DNA of 64,000 nt from Octopus bimaculoides (Eukaryota), in assembly GCF_001194135.2 (NCBI RefSeq), contig NC_068981.1:101825449-101889448 (forward strand), read 5' to 3'. This document shows, one piece after another, positions 38,670 to 52,466 of the stretch (its first letter is position 1; each line of letters starts with the position of its first letter). Under the pieces are notes generated by a model. It did not search any database, was not told the origin of the DNA, and worked only from the letters and a program-made list of their open reading frames with translations. Both the position numbers and the translations under genes were made by a program.

Positions 38670-39510
38670 TTTAGCCTCAGGTCTGACTGAGCAGACAGAC
38701 ACATGACCAAAACTACTCCAGCTGTAACCAACCTGTCTTATTTCATAGCATAGTGAATCAGGACCACAGTATTCAATGTGTTCTTTTTAAGATGGTAGTC
38801 TGGAGAAATTTGGCTGCTATTTCTAGTGTGTTGATTGAATGTGTACTGGTTTCCTTGGCTGGTTTACACAATCATTAATGTTGGTGTTGTTTCTGACTTG
38901 TTACTTTTATGATTGTTTAAACCTAGGTCAGCAACTCTGATCAAGTGGCCCTATGATCAAAGACATTCCAGCCATGACCATGCCAACTTTTAAGAAGAAT
39001 CTTGGATTAAAAGTGAGTTGAAGTCTTAATAGTGAGTTCAACCTCCAGTCACACCTATTTTGCCTTTCTGTTGGGCATTGCATAAGACAGAATGGTTGAG
39101 GATGGTTTAACTGCTATTTCTAGCAACCTTGTTTCATGCATAATGTAATTCTTATTTGTCGTTTAGTCCCAAGTCAGACCTGACAAACCAGTTCCAACCA
39201 AGACTATCCCATATTTTATTCAGACATAGTATATCTAGGAATACATTATCTCATATAACCTTCTTCTTAAAAATATAATACAAGGGAGATTTGGTTGCTA
39301 TTTCTAGCAGTTGAGCAACCATCTAGAAATTTCCTCATTCACTTAGTATTTTTTGTTTTTTTTCCCAAAGTTGTAGTAGTTGTTGATATTATAACTACTG
39401 CATATGCTGTTTATATGTCTAGGGTTACGTTCTAAAGATAGTGAGTTACAATCTGGAATCTGGCTGTCATTTCTAGGAGTTTGAGTGACTATACAGACGA
39501 TCATTCATTG
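38670..39510 (-). repeat. tandem array of about 4 decayed copies of a 200-250-bp interspersed repeat
   Basis: Recurrent TTTAGCCYCAGGTCAG, TATCTAGGA..ACATTATCC and ATTTGGCTGCTATTTCTAG blocks. A similar array lies at 58480-59500. Confidence 0.7.
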
Positions 39511-39975
39511 GGAATCTCTTGTTAGTGATTTTGTTAGTGTCTTTATTGTTGTTATTGTTGACACAGTTAAATGTTGAGATTTTTGCTCTTTATCCTGCCA
39601 AGGTTGTTTCTGCTCTTGTAGTCATGGTAACAATTCAGTTTTTTTTCCTATTGTTATTGATCACAATACTGTCATTGTTGCTATTTTCAGTGCATCTTTT
39701 GTTGTTGTAGCTATTGTTTAACATTAGATAAGAATCTCATCTGGTTGAGTTGATAAGATCTCAGACTGCCAATCAAAGGGTCTATGCCTGATGTCCTTTA
39801 AGTCGCTCTCTGCTATGCCCTTGGTCAACCAAAGCATTTAACTTTCATTTACTCAAGGTTCCCAGTTGTTGATTAACATAATGGAAAAGGTACAATCTAC
39901 TGCTTTAATTAGTATGAGAGTGAACATAATTGATTTCTAAATTTGGTATAAGGCAACATATTTTGATGGGAAGGT

Positions 39976-40293
39976 TGTTGTTGTTGTTGGCACTCCGTCG
40001 CTTACAACGTCGAGGGTTCCAGTTGATCCAATCAACGGAACAGCCTGCTCGTGAAATTAACGTGCAAGTGGCTGAGCACTCCACAGACACGTGTACCCTT
40101 AACGTAGTTCTCGGGGATATTCAGCATGACACAGTGTGACAAGGCTGACCCTTTGGATTACAGGCACAACAGAAACAGGAAGCTTTAGGTGTTTTCGCTC
40201 AATAAACACTCACAACGCCCAGTCTGGGAATCGAAACCGCGATCCTATGACCGCGAGTCCGCTGCCCTAATCACTGGGCCATTGCGCCTCTAC
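39976..40293 (-). mobile_element. young tRNA-derived SINE with (AAC)n tail and TSD
   Basis: Reverse strand has A box TGGCCCAGTGA, B box GGTTTCGATTCCC and an (AAC)n tail. TSDs TGATGGGAAGGT and TGATGGGAGGGT match at 11/12, and CpGs are retained. Older partial copies lie at about 46480-46640 and 57870-58020. Confidence 0.9.
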
Positions 40294-40377
40294 TGATGGG
40301 AGGGTACAATTGATTAAACCAACAACTGACTGGAACCTTATTTTATCAACCTCAGAAAGATGAAAGGCAAAGTTGAC

Positions 40378-40640
40378 TGTTGTATTTCCCTCGGAAGACT
40401 CGCAGAGATAATACGAGTTATACAAATTTAGTTATTACATTTATTATTCAATTACATACAAAGAACGCACTCACCCAATGTTCGTTATGAATAAACAAAA
40501 GTCATGTCCGTCATATATATATCAATGACATTTTACTACGACAGTCACACAAGACAACAACAATGAAACAATGAACTCAGACGAACCACAGTGACACACG
40601 GAATGTCAGACGAATTACATATCTAACAGTCCATATAACA
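40378..40640 (-). mobile_element. solo LTR (263 bp)
   Basis: TG...CA ends with a short terminal inverted repeat (TGTTGTA/TATAACA) and a perfect 5-bp TSD TTGAC. The minus strand has a TATA-like TATATATA and a downstream AATAAA. Confidence 0.85.
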
Positions 40641-41509
40641 TTGACCTTGGAAAAATTTGAACTCAGAACACAGAAACAGCTGTAACTAAAAACTACAAGA
40701 TGCTGTCATGTTTCCAACATTCCACCGGCCCAAACATCCTTCCTCTTGTTTTACTTGTTTCAGTTGCAGAACTGAAACCATGCTGGGGCATTGCCTTGAA
40801 GAATTTTAATCAAACAAATCAAGCTCAGTATTTATTTTTGAAGTCTGATACTAATCCCATCAGTCTCTTTTGTTGAACTGCTAAGTTATAAAGGTATAAA
40901 CAAACTAACACTGGTTGTCAAGTGGTGGAGGAGGGGATAAACACAAACACACACATATAAAGTGGGTTTCTATACAGTTTCCTTCTACTAAATTCACTCA
41001 TGAGACATTGATTGGCACTTGAAGACACTTGCCCAAGGTGCCACACAGTGGGACTGAACATGAAGCCACATGGTTGTAAAGCAAGCTTCCCAACCACATG
41101 ACCATACAACAAATGTTAACTTACAGCCAAAAGTTTAAGCTTTCACATGGATGAGTAGACAACATCAAGAAAAAGTCTCAGATTACAGCCTTTAGTCATG
41201 TTGATTGATGTTCTTTAGCCACAGGTCAACACAATTTGAGCAGAACTATGATGAAACAAGTCCCAATAATAATCGTGTAGTCTTAGATCTATTGAGCTAT
41301 AATATAACTAGGATTACATTGTCCAATGTGTCCTTTCTCTACTTTTTCTTTTCAAGATGACAGGGTGTGATTTGAAGGAAATTTAGAAACTATTTCTAAC
41401 AGATTAGATAAGCAGAGATATAGAAGCTGCCTTCTGGAGAGTCACAGCAGTAGATGCAGGATTTGGCTTTGATTATGAGCCATAAATGACTAGCTAGTGC
41501 ACATGTATA

Positions 41510-41690
41510 TATCTCTTAGCTCTTAGACCCTCCAGTGTAGTCAACACAATGGGAAATGAGCTTTCTCCGGACATCTTGCTTGCTTGTCTTCCTCCTGACT
41601 CCACTTGGGCCAACTCCCATCACTATTACATTGTTTTGGTATGTACTGTGCCACGTCTTCCTTGGTCTTCTTAATCTTTTTCTTCATCCT
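41510..41690 (-). mobile_element. RTE-type LINE 3' end of a second family
   Basis: RKRLRRPRKTWHSTYQNNVIVMGV..RRKLISHCVDYTGGSKS*, followed by CTAAG-like tail repeats. Confidence 0.65.
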
Positions 41691-42699
41691 GCTACTTTGT
41701 AATATTTGGTTTTGTTACGTTTACATCAATTTATACATAAATCAATTTGGCTTTCTGTCATCTGAGGTCAACAACATATGTACCAAAGTCCTGGGGTTGA
41801 TATGAATGTCTAAAAGCACACAAAAGCAGTCTTGAGCATGGCCATAGTTCAATAAAAGAATAAAGGAATATATGAGGTTGCAAGTTTTTATACATACACT
41901 CACAAACAATCATACATAAAAGTAAAGATGTCCATATTTTTAAAGTAAAACTGTAATATTGTTCATCTGGCTCTCTCTCTCTCTCGTCATCATTCAGTCA
42001 AGTATTTATTTATAAAATTATTAAGTAGGCACTTTAGAATAATAATCAAAAAGGAAGAAAAATTTACCAAAAGATTTGGTTAATAGATTATTTCTTAACT
42101 ATTTCACCTCTGGCTTTAGTCAGAAAATAGTTTGATAAAGCCACTGTTGTCTGATTGGGTGTGCAAACGAATGAAAAAATATAAAGAGAATATTCAAAAT
42201 CCAAAACAAACTACAAATTTAATAAAAATAAAAGTAAAAGTTTACTTGTTACTTAATTTTAGTTCATGTATGGAGTTATCTATTATGTGCAATAAAATAT
42301 AATATTTTTAAAAATGTATCTTTAATGGGCTTTAAAAATGTTTACTTTTATTTCAGGAATGGGAAAAAGCAGGAAAAAGGAAAAAAACAAAACAAAAAAA
42401 CAAGCCTCTCAAATTTTATTTTTATTTTTTAATATTCTTAACAGACAATGTTATTGAAAAAAAAAAAAAGTGGAAAGGAAAAAAAGAGAACTGTTTCTAT
42501 TTTTGTGTTCTTATATTGATTACAAACCATTGGTTCAAGACCATAAATTTGTAGGAAAGGCGTGTGCGTATTCCATCGATAATAGTACATTATTAATGTC
42601 TAGCACATTGGACCTTATCAGAAGAAATGCAATACTATATAGGCTTGAACCCAAAATGTAAAGGGAAACAATTAAGATCCAATGAGGGATCTTTTGTAT

Positions 42700-42847
42700 C
42701 AGTTATGAGCAACCTGTGGCCCATGGGACCTTCTGAATGGCATACCTAATGTAAAAATTACTTTCAACTATTTTTACTGGTGTAGCCCACTTGATGATGA
42801 GCCATGTCTGATGTGGCCCACTTCTTGGAAAAGTTTGCCCATGCCTG
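42700..42847. mobile_element. short hAT-Charlie-like MITE, degraded
   Basis: Right TIR reverse-complements to CAGGCATGGGCAAACT, while the left reads CAGTTATGAGCAACCT. Internal GGCCC motifs are present. The TSD is poor. Confidence 0.55.
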
Positions 42848-43896
42848 TTTTATGCTATCAATCAATATACTTGAAATAACAGCCAAATCTCTCCCATTTG
42901 ATACCCTAAAGGAGATCACATTGCAATTAGGATAATACAGGATAAGGCAGCTCAGTTTGGTTGAAAAATTAATTGATTAACTTACTTGATTAATTGTTGA
43001 GTCAATCAGTTTATTTGACAGAGCCTTTGTCTTGCCATTTAGGACCTCACCAATAACATACCCTCATTATTCCAGATCTGGACACATTAATTAGTTAACC
43101 AGTTGACTAACAATAATAAATAGAAAAGTGAAATTGAACCAGGGCATGTTTTTTATTAGCAAAATGACCCTTCCAAGACACAACACACACATATACAGAG
43201 AGAGAGAGAGAGAAAAAGAGAGAGAGAGGTATAATTTCCCAGATTAAAAACCCTTTCAGAAGATACTAAAGAACCATGAATTTCTTGCATAATTAAAACT
43301 AGAGGTGAAGTGGTAAACAGTTTGTCAAATGTTACACAAAATTTAAAGGCTCCGAGAAAATTCTGAAGAGCTCTCAACTCACAAAATATAGGGTATATAA
43401 TCTGTTGATTATATATCACCCTTAACTATTACTACTCTGAATATATTTTATAATAATGGTTGCACATTTTGGCACAGAGCCAGTAATTTTAGGGGAAGGG
43501 AAGTTGATTACATCGATCCCATGGTCAACAGGTACTTTATATTATCAAGCATGAAAGGATGAAAGGCAAAGTCAATCACAACAGCACTTGAACAGCACTT
43601 GAACTCAGAGCATAAAAAGCCAAAAATGTATTTTATTATAATGGCAGATTTTAACACACACACACACACACTACATAGGTGCATGTATGATTTGGGTGGC
43701 TTATTATTAAGGCAAGAACTACATAATTTATATAGTAATTCCTAATATGTTGTATATGGTGCATACAATCAATTTATTCTCTCATTCTCTCTATTACAGA
43801 TAGGCATTTCTACTGGAGCTGTATGCATTCCCTTCCACTATCTATCTATCTACCTGTCTGTCTATCTATCTCTGTGTGTATGTGTATGTGTATATA

Positions 43897-43927
<31 letters not shown>

Positions 43928-44865
43928 GTGTATGTGTGTATATATATGTATATAGTTATGAGATATTCCGCATTAGGAATGTAGCAGAGTACAGTGTAAA
44001 GCTCTTCTACCCTAAGAATTACCCAAAATTATTCGATAGCATTACTGTGAACTTCCAAGTTTATATTTGGGCATTGGTCATGTGTGAATATAAAATTGAA
44101 GAAATTGAAGTCAATAAGAAGGAGTACACACGCACACACACACACACACACACGTATCGGTTTCAAAATTTAGCTGAAGGCAAACAATTTCATTGAGGGG
44201 ATAAGTCAATTACATTAACCCCAAACTCAGCTACACAACTGGTACTTATTTCATTGACCCAAAAAGGATGAAAGGCAAAGTTGACCTCAGCAGAATATGA
44301 ACTCAGAATGTGAAGATGGATGAAATGCCACCAGGCATTTTGTTTGGCATGCTAACGATTCTGCCAGTTCACTTTATATATCATAACTGTTTAGCATTCA
44401 CTTTTCCCATGCTAGCATGGTTCAGATAGGATTTGTTGAAACAGATTTTCTATGATTGGATGCTCTTGCTGTCACCAACCCTCATCTGTTTCCAAGTAAG
44501 TTAATATCTCCTCATCACTGGATTTCAACAGAAGATTGGAAATGATGGCCACTGCATGTATGATGGTGATACTCATAGCTATCACATGACGTCAATACAA
44601 AAAGAGACACACAACAGGCTTCTTTCAGTTTCCATCTTCGAAATTGACTTTGTTCAGCCTGAAGCTATAGTAGGAGACACTTGCCTAAGGTGCCGCATAG
44701 TAGGACTGAATCTGAAACCAAATAATTGGTAAGTGAACTTCTTAACCATGCAGCCATGTCTGCCTGCCTATCTATAGTAAATGTGAATATATGCAGGTGT
44801 TAGAAAAAGACACACAGTATTGAAATTGAAAAATAGTACAACACCAAGAATGTTTGTCAACCCAC

Positions 44866-44982
44866 CATCTATCCATTGAACTATATCAGAAGCAACAAAA
44901 ATGGATGAAATGGCACAAATCCAAGGCTTGTCTAATGTTTGCCAACCTTTTACTAAGTGTGGAAGATGAATTGAAGGAATAA
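44866..44982 (-). CDS. possible 117-nt symmetric exon (VIPSIHLPHLVKGWQTLDKPWICAISSIFVASDIVQWID)
   Basis: Acceptor GTTGTTTTTCTTCAG, donor GATG|GTGGGT, phase 1-1, open frame. No family recognised. Confidence 0.25.
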
Positions 44983-47746
44983 CTGAAGAAAAACAACACA
45001 CACACACACACACACTCAATCTACAATGGACAAGCATCTACAAGGGAAGCCTCTGTAACATACAATTAACACATTCACTTGTCTTGCTAAAATAGTAACT
45101 GGATATCCGTCAAATCACACATTACCACCTTTAAAATACACACTACTGGAAACCAAGGCTGGATGGTCATATGTAGAATGTCAATGATATTTCCTTGCTA
45201 AATCCAGTCTAACCCGGTGCCAAAACAGCATCTTACAGTGCATATATACACACCCACAAATAAACCTGTACAACTATTAAATGACTCAAGAAACATGAAA
45301 ACTCTGATAAAAAAGTTTTCTTTCATTTCATTTAAACTTATTTATTATATCTGACTGTATGTCGGTGTGTGTGTGTGTGTGTTTGCACTATGTCACAATT
45401 TACCCCACATACATAAATATGTAGTAATATAATAATTTACACAAGGGCAGCGAGATGGCAGAACTGTTAGCTTGCAGGACAAAATGCTTAGCAGCATTTC
45501 AGCCATCCTTATGTTCTGAGTTCAATTGCCACTGGAGTCAACTTTGCTTTTCATCCTTTCAGGGTCAATAAACAAGTGCCAGTTGAGCACTGGGATTGGT
45601 GTAATTGACTTACTCACTCTCCAGAAATTGCTGGTCTTGAGCCAAAATTTGAAAACAATATAATTTGCTTACAGTAATCACTACTTATAGTAGAGAAATC
45701 CAACACTAACCTCTAAGATAGAATGTTTACTCTACTATATACACATACATATGTGTGTGTGTGTGTGACAATCATCATCATTCATATCCAGAAAAATGAT
45801 GAAGAAAAATAATGAAATGCAGCTAAGATTTAAATATAATTCTTAACACATAAAAGTGTGAATATATGTATGTGTGTCAATATGTGCATGCACGCACACA
45901 AAAGTAGATAGACAGGTAAATAGATATTGTTATCTAATCAATATACATTGATAAAAATCCTGCTGGGAACACAATAATTGGCTTACTTGACTTTTCCATT
46001 ACATTGTTTGCATATATATGTTGATAACCGTAACTGGTATTTTATATTTGTGTATGTGTTCCCATGTATGTTTGTGTGTGTTTTCGCATCAGTATTCATC
46101 TGTGTTTGTCTGATCATGTGGAAATATTACTTTGTTTGGAAACAGTTGAGGGTTAGTGACAGGAAGGGCTTCTCGTCACAGAAAAGCAGCCTCAACAAAT
46201 TTTATTTGACCCATGCAATGGTGGAAAATGGCTGCTAAAATGCTGATTACAATGTATGTGCATGCATGTATGTGTGTGTACACACAAACACACACATTTA
46301 CATAGAAAGATGACTGAGCGGTTGAGATGTTTGCTTTGCAAACATATAGTCTCATGTTCAATCTCAACCATCTCTTAGCATCTTGTGCAAGTGTCTTTAC
46401 CTTAGATCTACATTAATTCAATCATTGAAATTGGGTAGACAGAAACTGCACAGAAGCCTGCTGCATGGACTGTCCCTAGAATTCAAAGGTTCAGCCATAT
46501 GTTACATATGATTGTGTTTGAGAATTACGTTAAGGGTACATGGGTCTGTGGAATACACTTTCCATGCACGATTTAAAGTATAGGTTGTTCAGTTGATCAA
46601 ACAACACGATGTTTATAGATTGGAACCTATGTGAGAGGTGTGATGATGATGGTCATCATCATCATCATCTTAATATCTACTTTCCCATGCTTGTATGGCT
46701 CAGAGTAGATTTGGTGAGGTGGATTTTCTATAGCTGGATGCCCATCCTGTCACCAACCTTCATCCATTTCCAAACAAAGAAATATTCCCCCATAGCTAGA
46801 CATGTTTTACACAAAAAACTGGAAACAAATAATGTTGCTCATTCAATGGTGATGCTTATTTAAAAGCATCACATGATGTCAACAAAAGGATACACATACA
46901 CATACATGCACAAGTGTACACACACATACACATGATGGGTTTCTTTCAGTTTCTGTCTACCAAATTCACAAAGCTTTTGGTATTCCCAGGACAACAGCAG
47001 AAGAAACTTGCCAAGGTGCCATGCAATATGACTGAGCATGAGACACACAGTTGGGCAGCAAGCTTCTTAACCACATAGCCACACCTAAGTGTGTGTGTGT
47101 GTGTCTGTGTGTGTGTGTTTGGTAGAGTGCATTACCTGTTTTAACAATACCCTTTTGTTCTTGGGGCTGCCTTCAAAAAAATTCCTTTTGTTGCAAACAT
47201 TGAAACCAACAACCTGTGTCTCTTTCTCTTTAGATATTAACCTCAGATGCTCCAGCAGGGGCATCAGCCACATTGATCTCACTACTGTGGGAAGGTTTGC
47301 AAGGCTTTAGGCACTGCATTGTCATCTCTGGCTAAATTATTGAAAAAAATAAACACACACACACATACTTATATTCATCTTGAACAATATATATATTTAT
47401 TCACACACATGCACACATATATAGATATATATAGATACACACATACATATACAGATGTTTATATATAAACATATATGTAATAGAGAAATGCACGCATACA
47501 CACACATAGATAGATATAGATATAATGATGATGTATGTGCATACATACACACAAGCATACTTGTATACATCTGGAACAATATGCTTATTTATACACATAC
47601 ACACATTAAAGTATTGTTTGCTTCAATATATTTTCTCTCTGCTTCACTGTAAGCTTGAAAAGATGCCCATGAGATCAAAACTTAAAAACAAGGAAATAAA
47701 CCAAATGGTTACAACTTCTAACATTGTTCAACACACACACACACAC

Positions 47747-47789
<43 letters not shown>

Positions 47790-48197
47790 GAATGATAGCT
47801 AAAGCAATTATGTAAAACAACATTAAACAGTCTATATTCATTAAAAAGGAAAAAATTGAAAATCAAAAATATAACAAGAAATCCATTGATGGGAATCAAA
47901 CCACACATCTGCTGTTTGATTTATGCTCACCATTCTTATCGCCAGAATCATCAGTATTGCCAACAGTGTTATCAACAACATAAACCCTCTCTCTCCCCTC
48001 CCACCATTACTATCACCTTCCACTGTTGTCATCACTACCACTGCTATCTGCTATCACAGTTGATAAGAAATTCAAAGTGTCTGCTCAACATTCTTCACAT
48101 CCCAAATTCCAGCTAAATGAGCTAACTTCTAATCAGTCACTAGGCCTACAAGAAATAACAGCCAAATTCCACGACACTTGCATCCCATTGTCTTTAA

Positions 48198-48993
48198 CCC
48201 TTTAGCATTTACATTATATGTCAAAAGTAATGCTAATTTATTCCACATTCATCATCATCATCCTTGTTTAATGTCCATTTTCCATGCTGGCATGGGTTGA
48301 GCAGTTTGACAAGATTTGACCAGCTGAATAGCTGTTCAGGCTCCCGGTCTGCTTTGGCATGATTTCTATACCCTTTTGAATGCCAACCACTTTACAAAGT
48401 GTACTGGGTGCTTTTATGCAGTACTGGCATGGGTGCTTTTATGCAATACTGGCATGGGTGATTTTTTTGTGCCACCAATACTTATGAACCCGTGAGATTA
48501 GGGATGCTCAGCTGGAGAAGGCTGTAAGAGACAAGCCTATATGTGAGGACAACCACACGTTTACTTGGCTTGACATATCTTTCCAAGCACAGCAAACCAT
48601 CAATAGTCTTGGTCCTCTTTGAGTTCCAACGTCTGTAGATCCTTTCTCATCACTTCATCCCACGTCTTCCTGGGTCTACCTCTTCCACATGTTCCCTCAG
48701 CAATTAGAGATTGGCACCTCTTGATGCAACTGTCTTCATTCATATGCATTACATGGCCATACCAGTGCAGTCTTTTCTATTGCACACTAGATCTGATGCT
48801 ATGTATACCCAGATTTTCTATCAAATCACTTGTTTTGAATTAATCATGCATTACCTTGTAGCTTCAAGATTTTGATGAGGTAACTGTAATCATTAGAATC
48901 ATATTATAGAGTTATTGTGAGATGCCAGATCTGGTTACTTTGTGCATAAAATGGGTAGAATGGCTGGATATGGCCAGCTTAAATGCTAAAAGG
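48198..48993. mobile_element. piggyBac-like TTAA MITE interrupted by an RTE 3' end
   Basis: TTAA|CCCTTTAGCATT at the left end and AATGCTAAAAGG|TTAA at the right. The insert at about 48251-48830 encodes, on the minus strand, KRLHWYGHVMHMNEDSCIKRCQSLIAEGTCGRGRPRKTWDEVMRKDL plus UTR and a (GAT)n tail. Confidence 0.8.
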
Positions 48994-51676
48994 TTAAATG
49001 AATAGAATGAATATTATGCTTCTCTGTAGCACTGTATCTCAGAAAATGCTGGACTATGGTTGAGTAACCAGTTTTCATTTAATTATGAACCAATAAAAAG
49101 AAGCATCTGTTACACATTAGGCTTTATTCAGTTTTATGACATCCATTTACATTTTCAGTAAATATTCTAGCTGGGTCAACTTGGACTCTCATCACTCTGA
49201 GAGTAGTAAAATAAGTACTAGTTATATACTGGGAATATTTGAATGATTGTACATGCCCATTCTTAAATACATGTTGCTTGAACTGCTTCCTTCTGAAGAT
49301 AGGCCTTTGCACCCAAAATATGAAGTTTTTTTTGTAGAGCTTTGTGCATTTTTAGAAGCTTTCTTTATTTCTCTTTCTTTCATATGTATATAGTATATAT
49401 ATCATCATCATCATCATCATCATCGTTTAACGTCCGCTTTCCATGCTAGCATGGGTTGGACGATTTGACTGAGGACTGGTGAAACCGGATGGCAACACCA
49501 GGCTCCAGTCTGATTTGGCNNNNNNNNNNAGCAGTTACAGCCCATGTTTCACTGCCATGTAGCATGGTTGTTCGTACGCATGCGTCATACAGTCTGCCTT
49601 TTACTCTATATATATATATATATATATATATGAAAGTTGACCACTCCGAGGTTTGAACTCAAGAATGCAAAAAGCAGGAACAATTTCAGCAGTTGTTACC
49701 TAATTGTACACTCTTATACATTGGTGTACTGCAGCATGCGAATAGTGTATCTAGGTGCACTGCAGATTTTTTAAAGTATAATAAAGCTTTAGAAAATTTA
49801 TACAAATGGTCGAGCATCTTGGAAAAGATATTGTTTATAATTTAGTTATACATAAATTTGACTAATAAAACAAGGTAAGCAATAGTTTTCTGCATTTTTG
49901 CTAAAATTTTAACTCTAGAATAATATGTTTTTTAACTTTCCGTGCAGTGTGTGTTAGTAATTTTTTTTTTTTTGTTTTTGATCTCCCATGTGCAATGAAG
50001 TCAAAAAGATAAAGAATCACTGTTCTAAAGATTCTACTAATCGACCGCTTTACTTTTTGTGAAACAATGGAAATATAAATTTTTCATAACCAAAATTGAA
50101 AGCTAAAAACTGTGTGACTCACTCCAGGCAATGTTCAAAAGTTCACAAACAGTCTGTCACTCGATGAACCAGTAAACAATAAGTAGTTGTCTAATAACAC
50201 TTTGTCTTTCAAACTTCTACTACTTTACTAAGAAATATTGACTTTCTGAAAAATTAATATGTCTCCAGACATGAACAATAAGAGGAAAACATTAGATGCG
50301 AAAATAATAATTTCTAACAGAGACACAATGTAAAAATTTAAGGGGAGAGAGAAAGAGACAGAGGGGGAGGAAGAAACAGTTGATTGAATTGACCCCATTA
50401 CTCGATTGGTACTTTAATTTATTGACTGAAGGAAGATAAAAGGCAAATTTGACCCTGGAGAGATTTGACCTCCAAACATAAAGGAACACAAAATAGGTTG
50501 TCTGCTACACTACCAATTCTGCCAGTCACTGTCCTTAATAATATCGACAACACTTGTTTTGACACAAGTACAAGAAAGAAGCAAACTTCACAGGATATTA
50601 CAATATAATTAAATACAATGTCAAATCGACCTTAGAAATAAACAAACAAAACTAGATGTTACAACTGGAAGTACATTTATGTTTTCTCTCTCTTTCACTC
50701 TCTGACAATGTACATGATTTTCACACACACACACTCACTCACACAATGTAGATGGTTGAGGCCCGGGTATGGCTGTTCTAAGAAGTTTGCTCCCAACCAC
50801 ATGGTCGTGGGTCAGTCCCACTGCATGACACTTTGGGCAAGTGTCTTCTACTGAACTGACCAAAGTCTTGTGAGTAGATTTGGCAGATTGGAAATTGAAA
50901 GAAGCCAATTGTATATGTATATGTGTGTGTGTTTATGTGTGCAAGTTACTGTCTCCTTGCTATGACTTAATGTGATAGTTGTAAACAAGTGTCACTGACA
51001 TACAAGTGGTATCCTTAGTTTCCAATCTTCCCTGCAAACATGTCTGGTGATGGGCAAATGTTATCTTACTGGGAAACAGGTGAGGATTGTCATCAGGAAG
51101 GGCAACCACTTGTAGAAAATCTGCCTCAATAAATTCCATTTGAATCATGCGAGCATAAAAAAGTTAATGTTAAACCATGATGATAGCTCACAGAGCACCA
51201 TGTAGTTTACTACAATATGCAGGCCATAATGGAAGTAAATAAACATGGAATAAATTAAGCCTCCGTCATCATATCAGAAAAAGATCTTACATTTCAGATC
51301 ATGACGCATAAAAGTTTAAAGGTGGAATATTTTCAAAAACGTTCCACCTTTAAACTTCTCTGCATTGGTAAAAAACTTGCTTCCCAACCACATTGTCATG
51401 GGTTCAGTCCCACTACATGGCACTTTTGACAAGTGTTTCTACAATAGCATTGGCCTGACTAAAGCCTTATGAGTGGATTTGGTAGATGAAAGCTGAAAAA
51501 AGCCCATCATACACAAACACACATATATATGTGTGCGTGTGTGTGTGTATGAATATATTTATGTCTTTAGATCTGTTTGTCCCTTGCCACCATCACTTGA
51601 CAACTGATGTTGGTATGCTTACATCCCTGTAACTTAGTGATTCAGCAAAAGAGATCGATAGAATAAGTACTAGGCT

Positions 51677-51728
<52 letters not shown>

Positions 51729-52466
51729 TGTATAAGTCAGTAAATGGTGGTGTTGTGTTAACCGCACGTGGAGAAATAATAGGAAAATAAACAATAATAA
51801 TAAGAAGAAGAAGAAGGCAGAATGCTAAACTGAAAGCATATTTTAATATAAATGTGCATAAGGAGGATTAAAAAGGATTTCTAACTGGCTTTCATTGCAT
51901 GGCAAATTTTCAAGAGGAGNNNNNNNNNNNNNNNNNNNNNNNNNNNNNNNNNNNNNNNNNNNNNNNNNNNNNNNNNNNNNNNNNNNNNNNNNNNNNNNNN
52001 NNNNNNNNNNNNNNNNNNNNNNNNNNNNNNNNNNNNNNNNNNNNNNNNNNNNNNNNNNNNNNNNNNNNNNNNNNNNNNNNNNNNNNNNNNNNNNNNNNNN
52101 NNNNNNNNNNNNNNNNNNNNNNNNNNNNNNNNNNNNNNNNNNNNNNNNNNNNNNNNNNNNNNNNNNNNNNNNNNNNNNNNNNNNNNNNNNNNNNNNNNNN
52201 NNNNNNNNNNNNNNNNNNNNNNNNNNNNNNNNNNNNNNNNNNNNNNNNNNNNNNNNNNNNNNNNNNNNNNNNNNNNNNNNNNNNNNNNNNNNNNNNNNNN
52301 NNNNNNNNNNNNNNNNNNNNNNNNNNNNNNNNNNNNNNNNNNNNNNNNNNNNNNNNNNNNNNNNNNNNNNNNNNNNNNNNNNNNNNNNNNNNNNNNNNNN
52401 NNNNNNNNNNNNNNNNNNNNNNNNNNNNNNNNNNNNNNNNNNNNNNNNNNNNNNNNNNNNNNNNNN

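Noticed and set aside
43156-43419. Minus-strand ORF with PLVLIMQEIHG, vaguely kinase-hinge-like
   Set aside because: No other kinase motifs and no usable donor site.
49720-50033. Possible hAT MITE ending AAGAATCACTG|TTCTAAAG
   Set aside because: The left TIR and TSD could not be identified convincingly.
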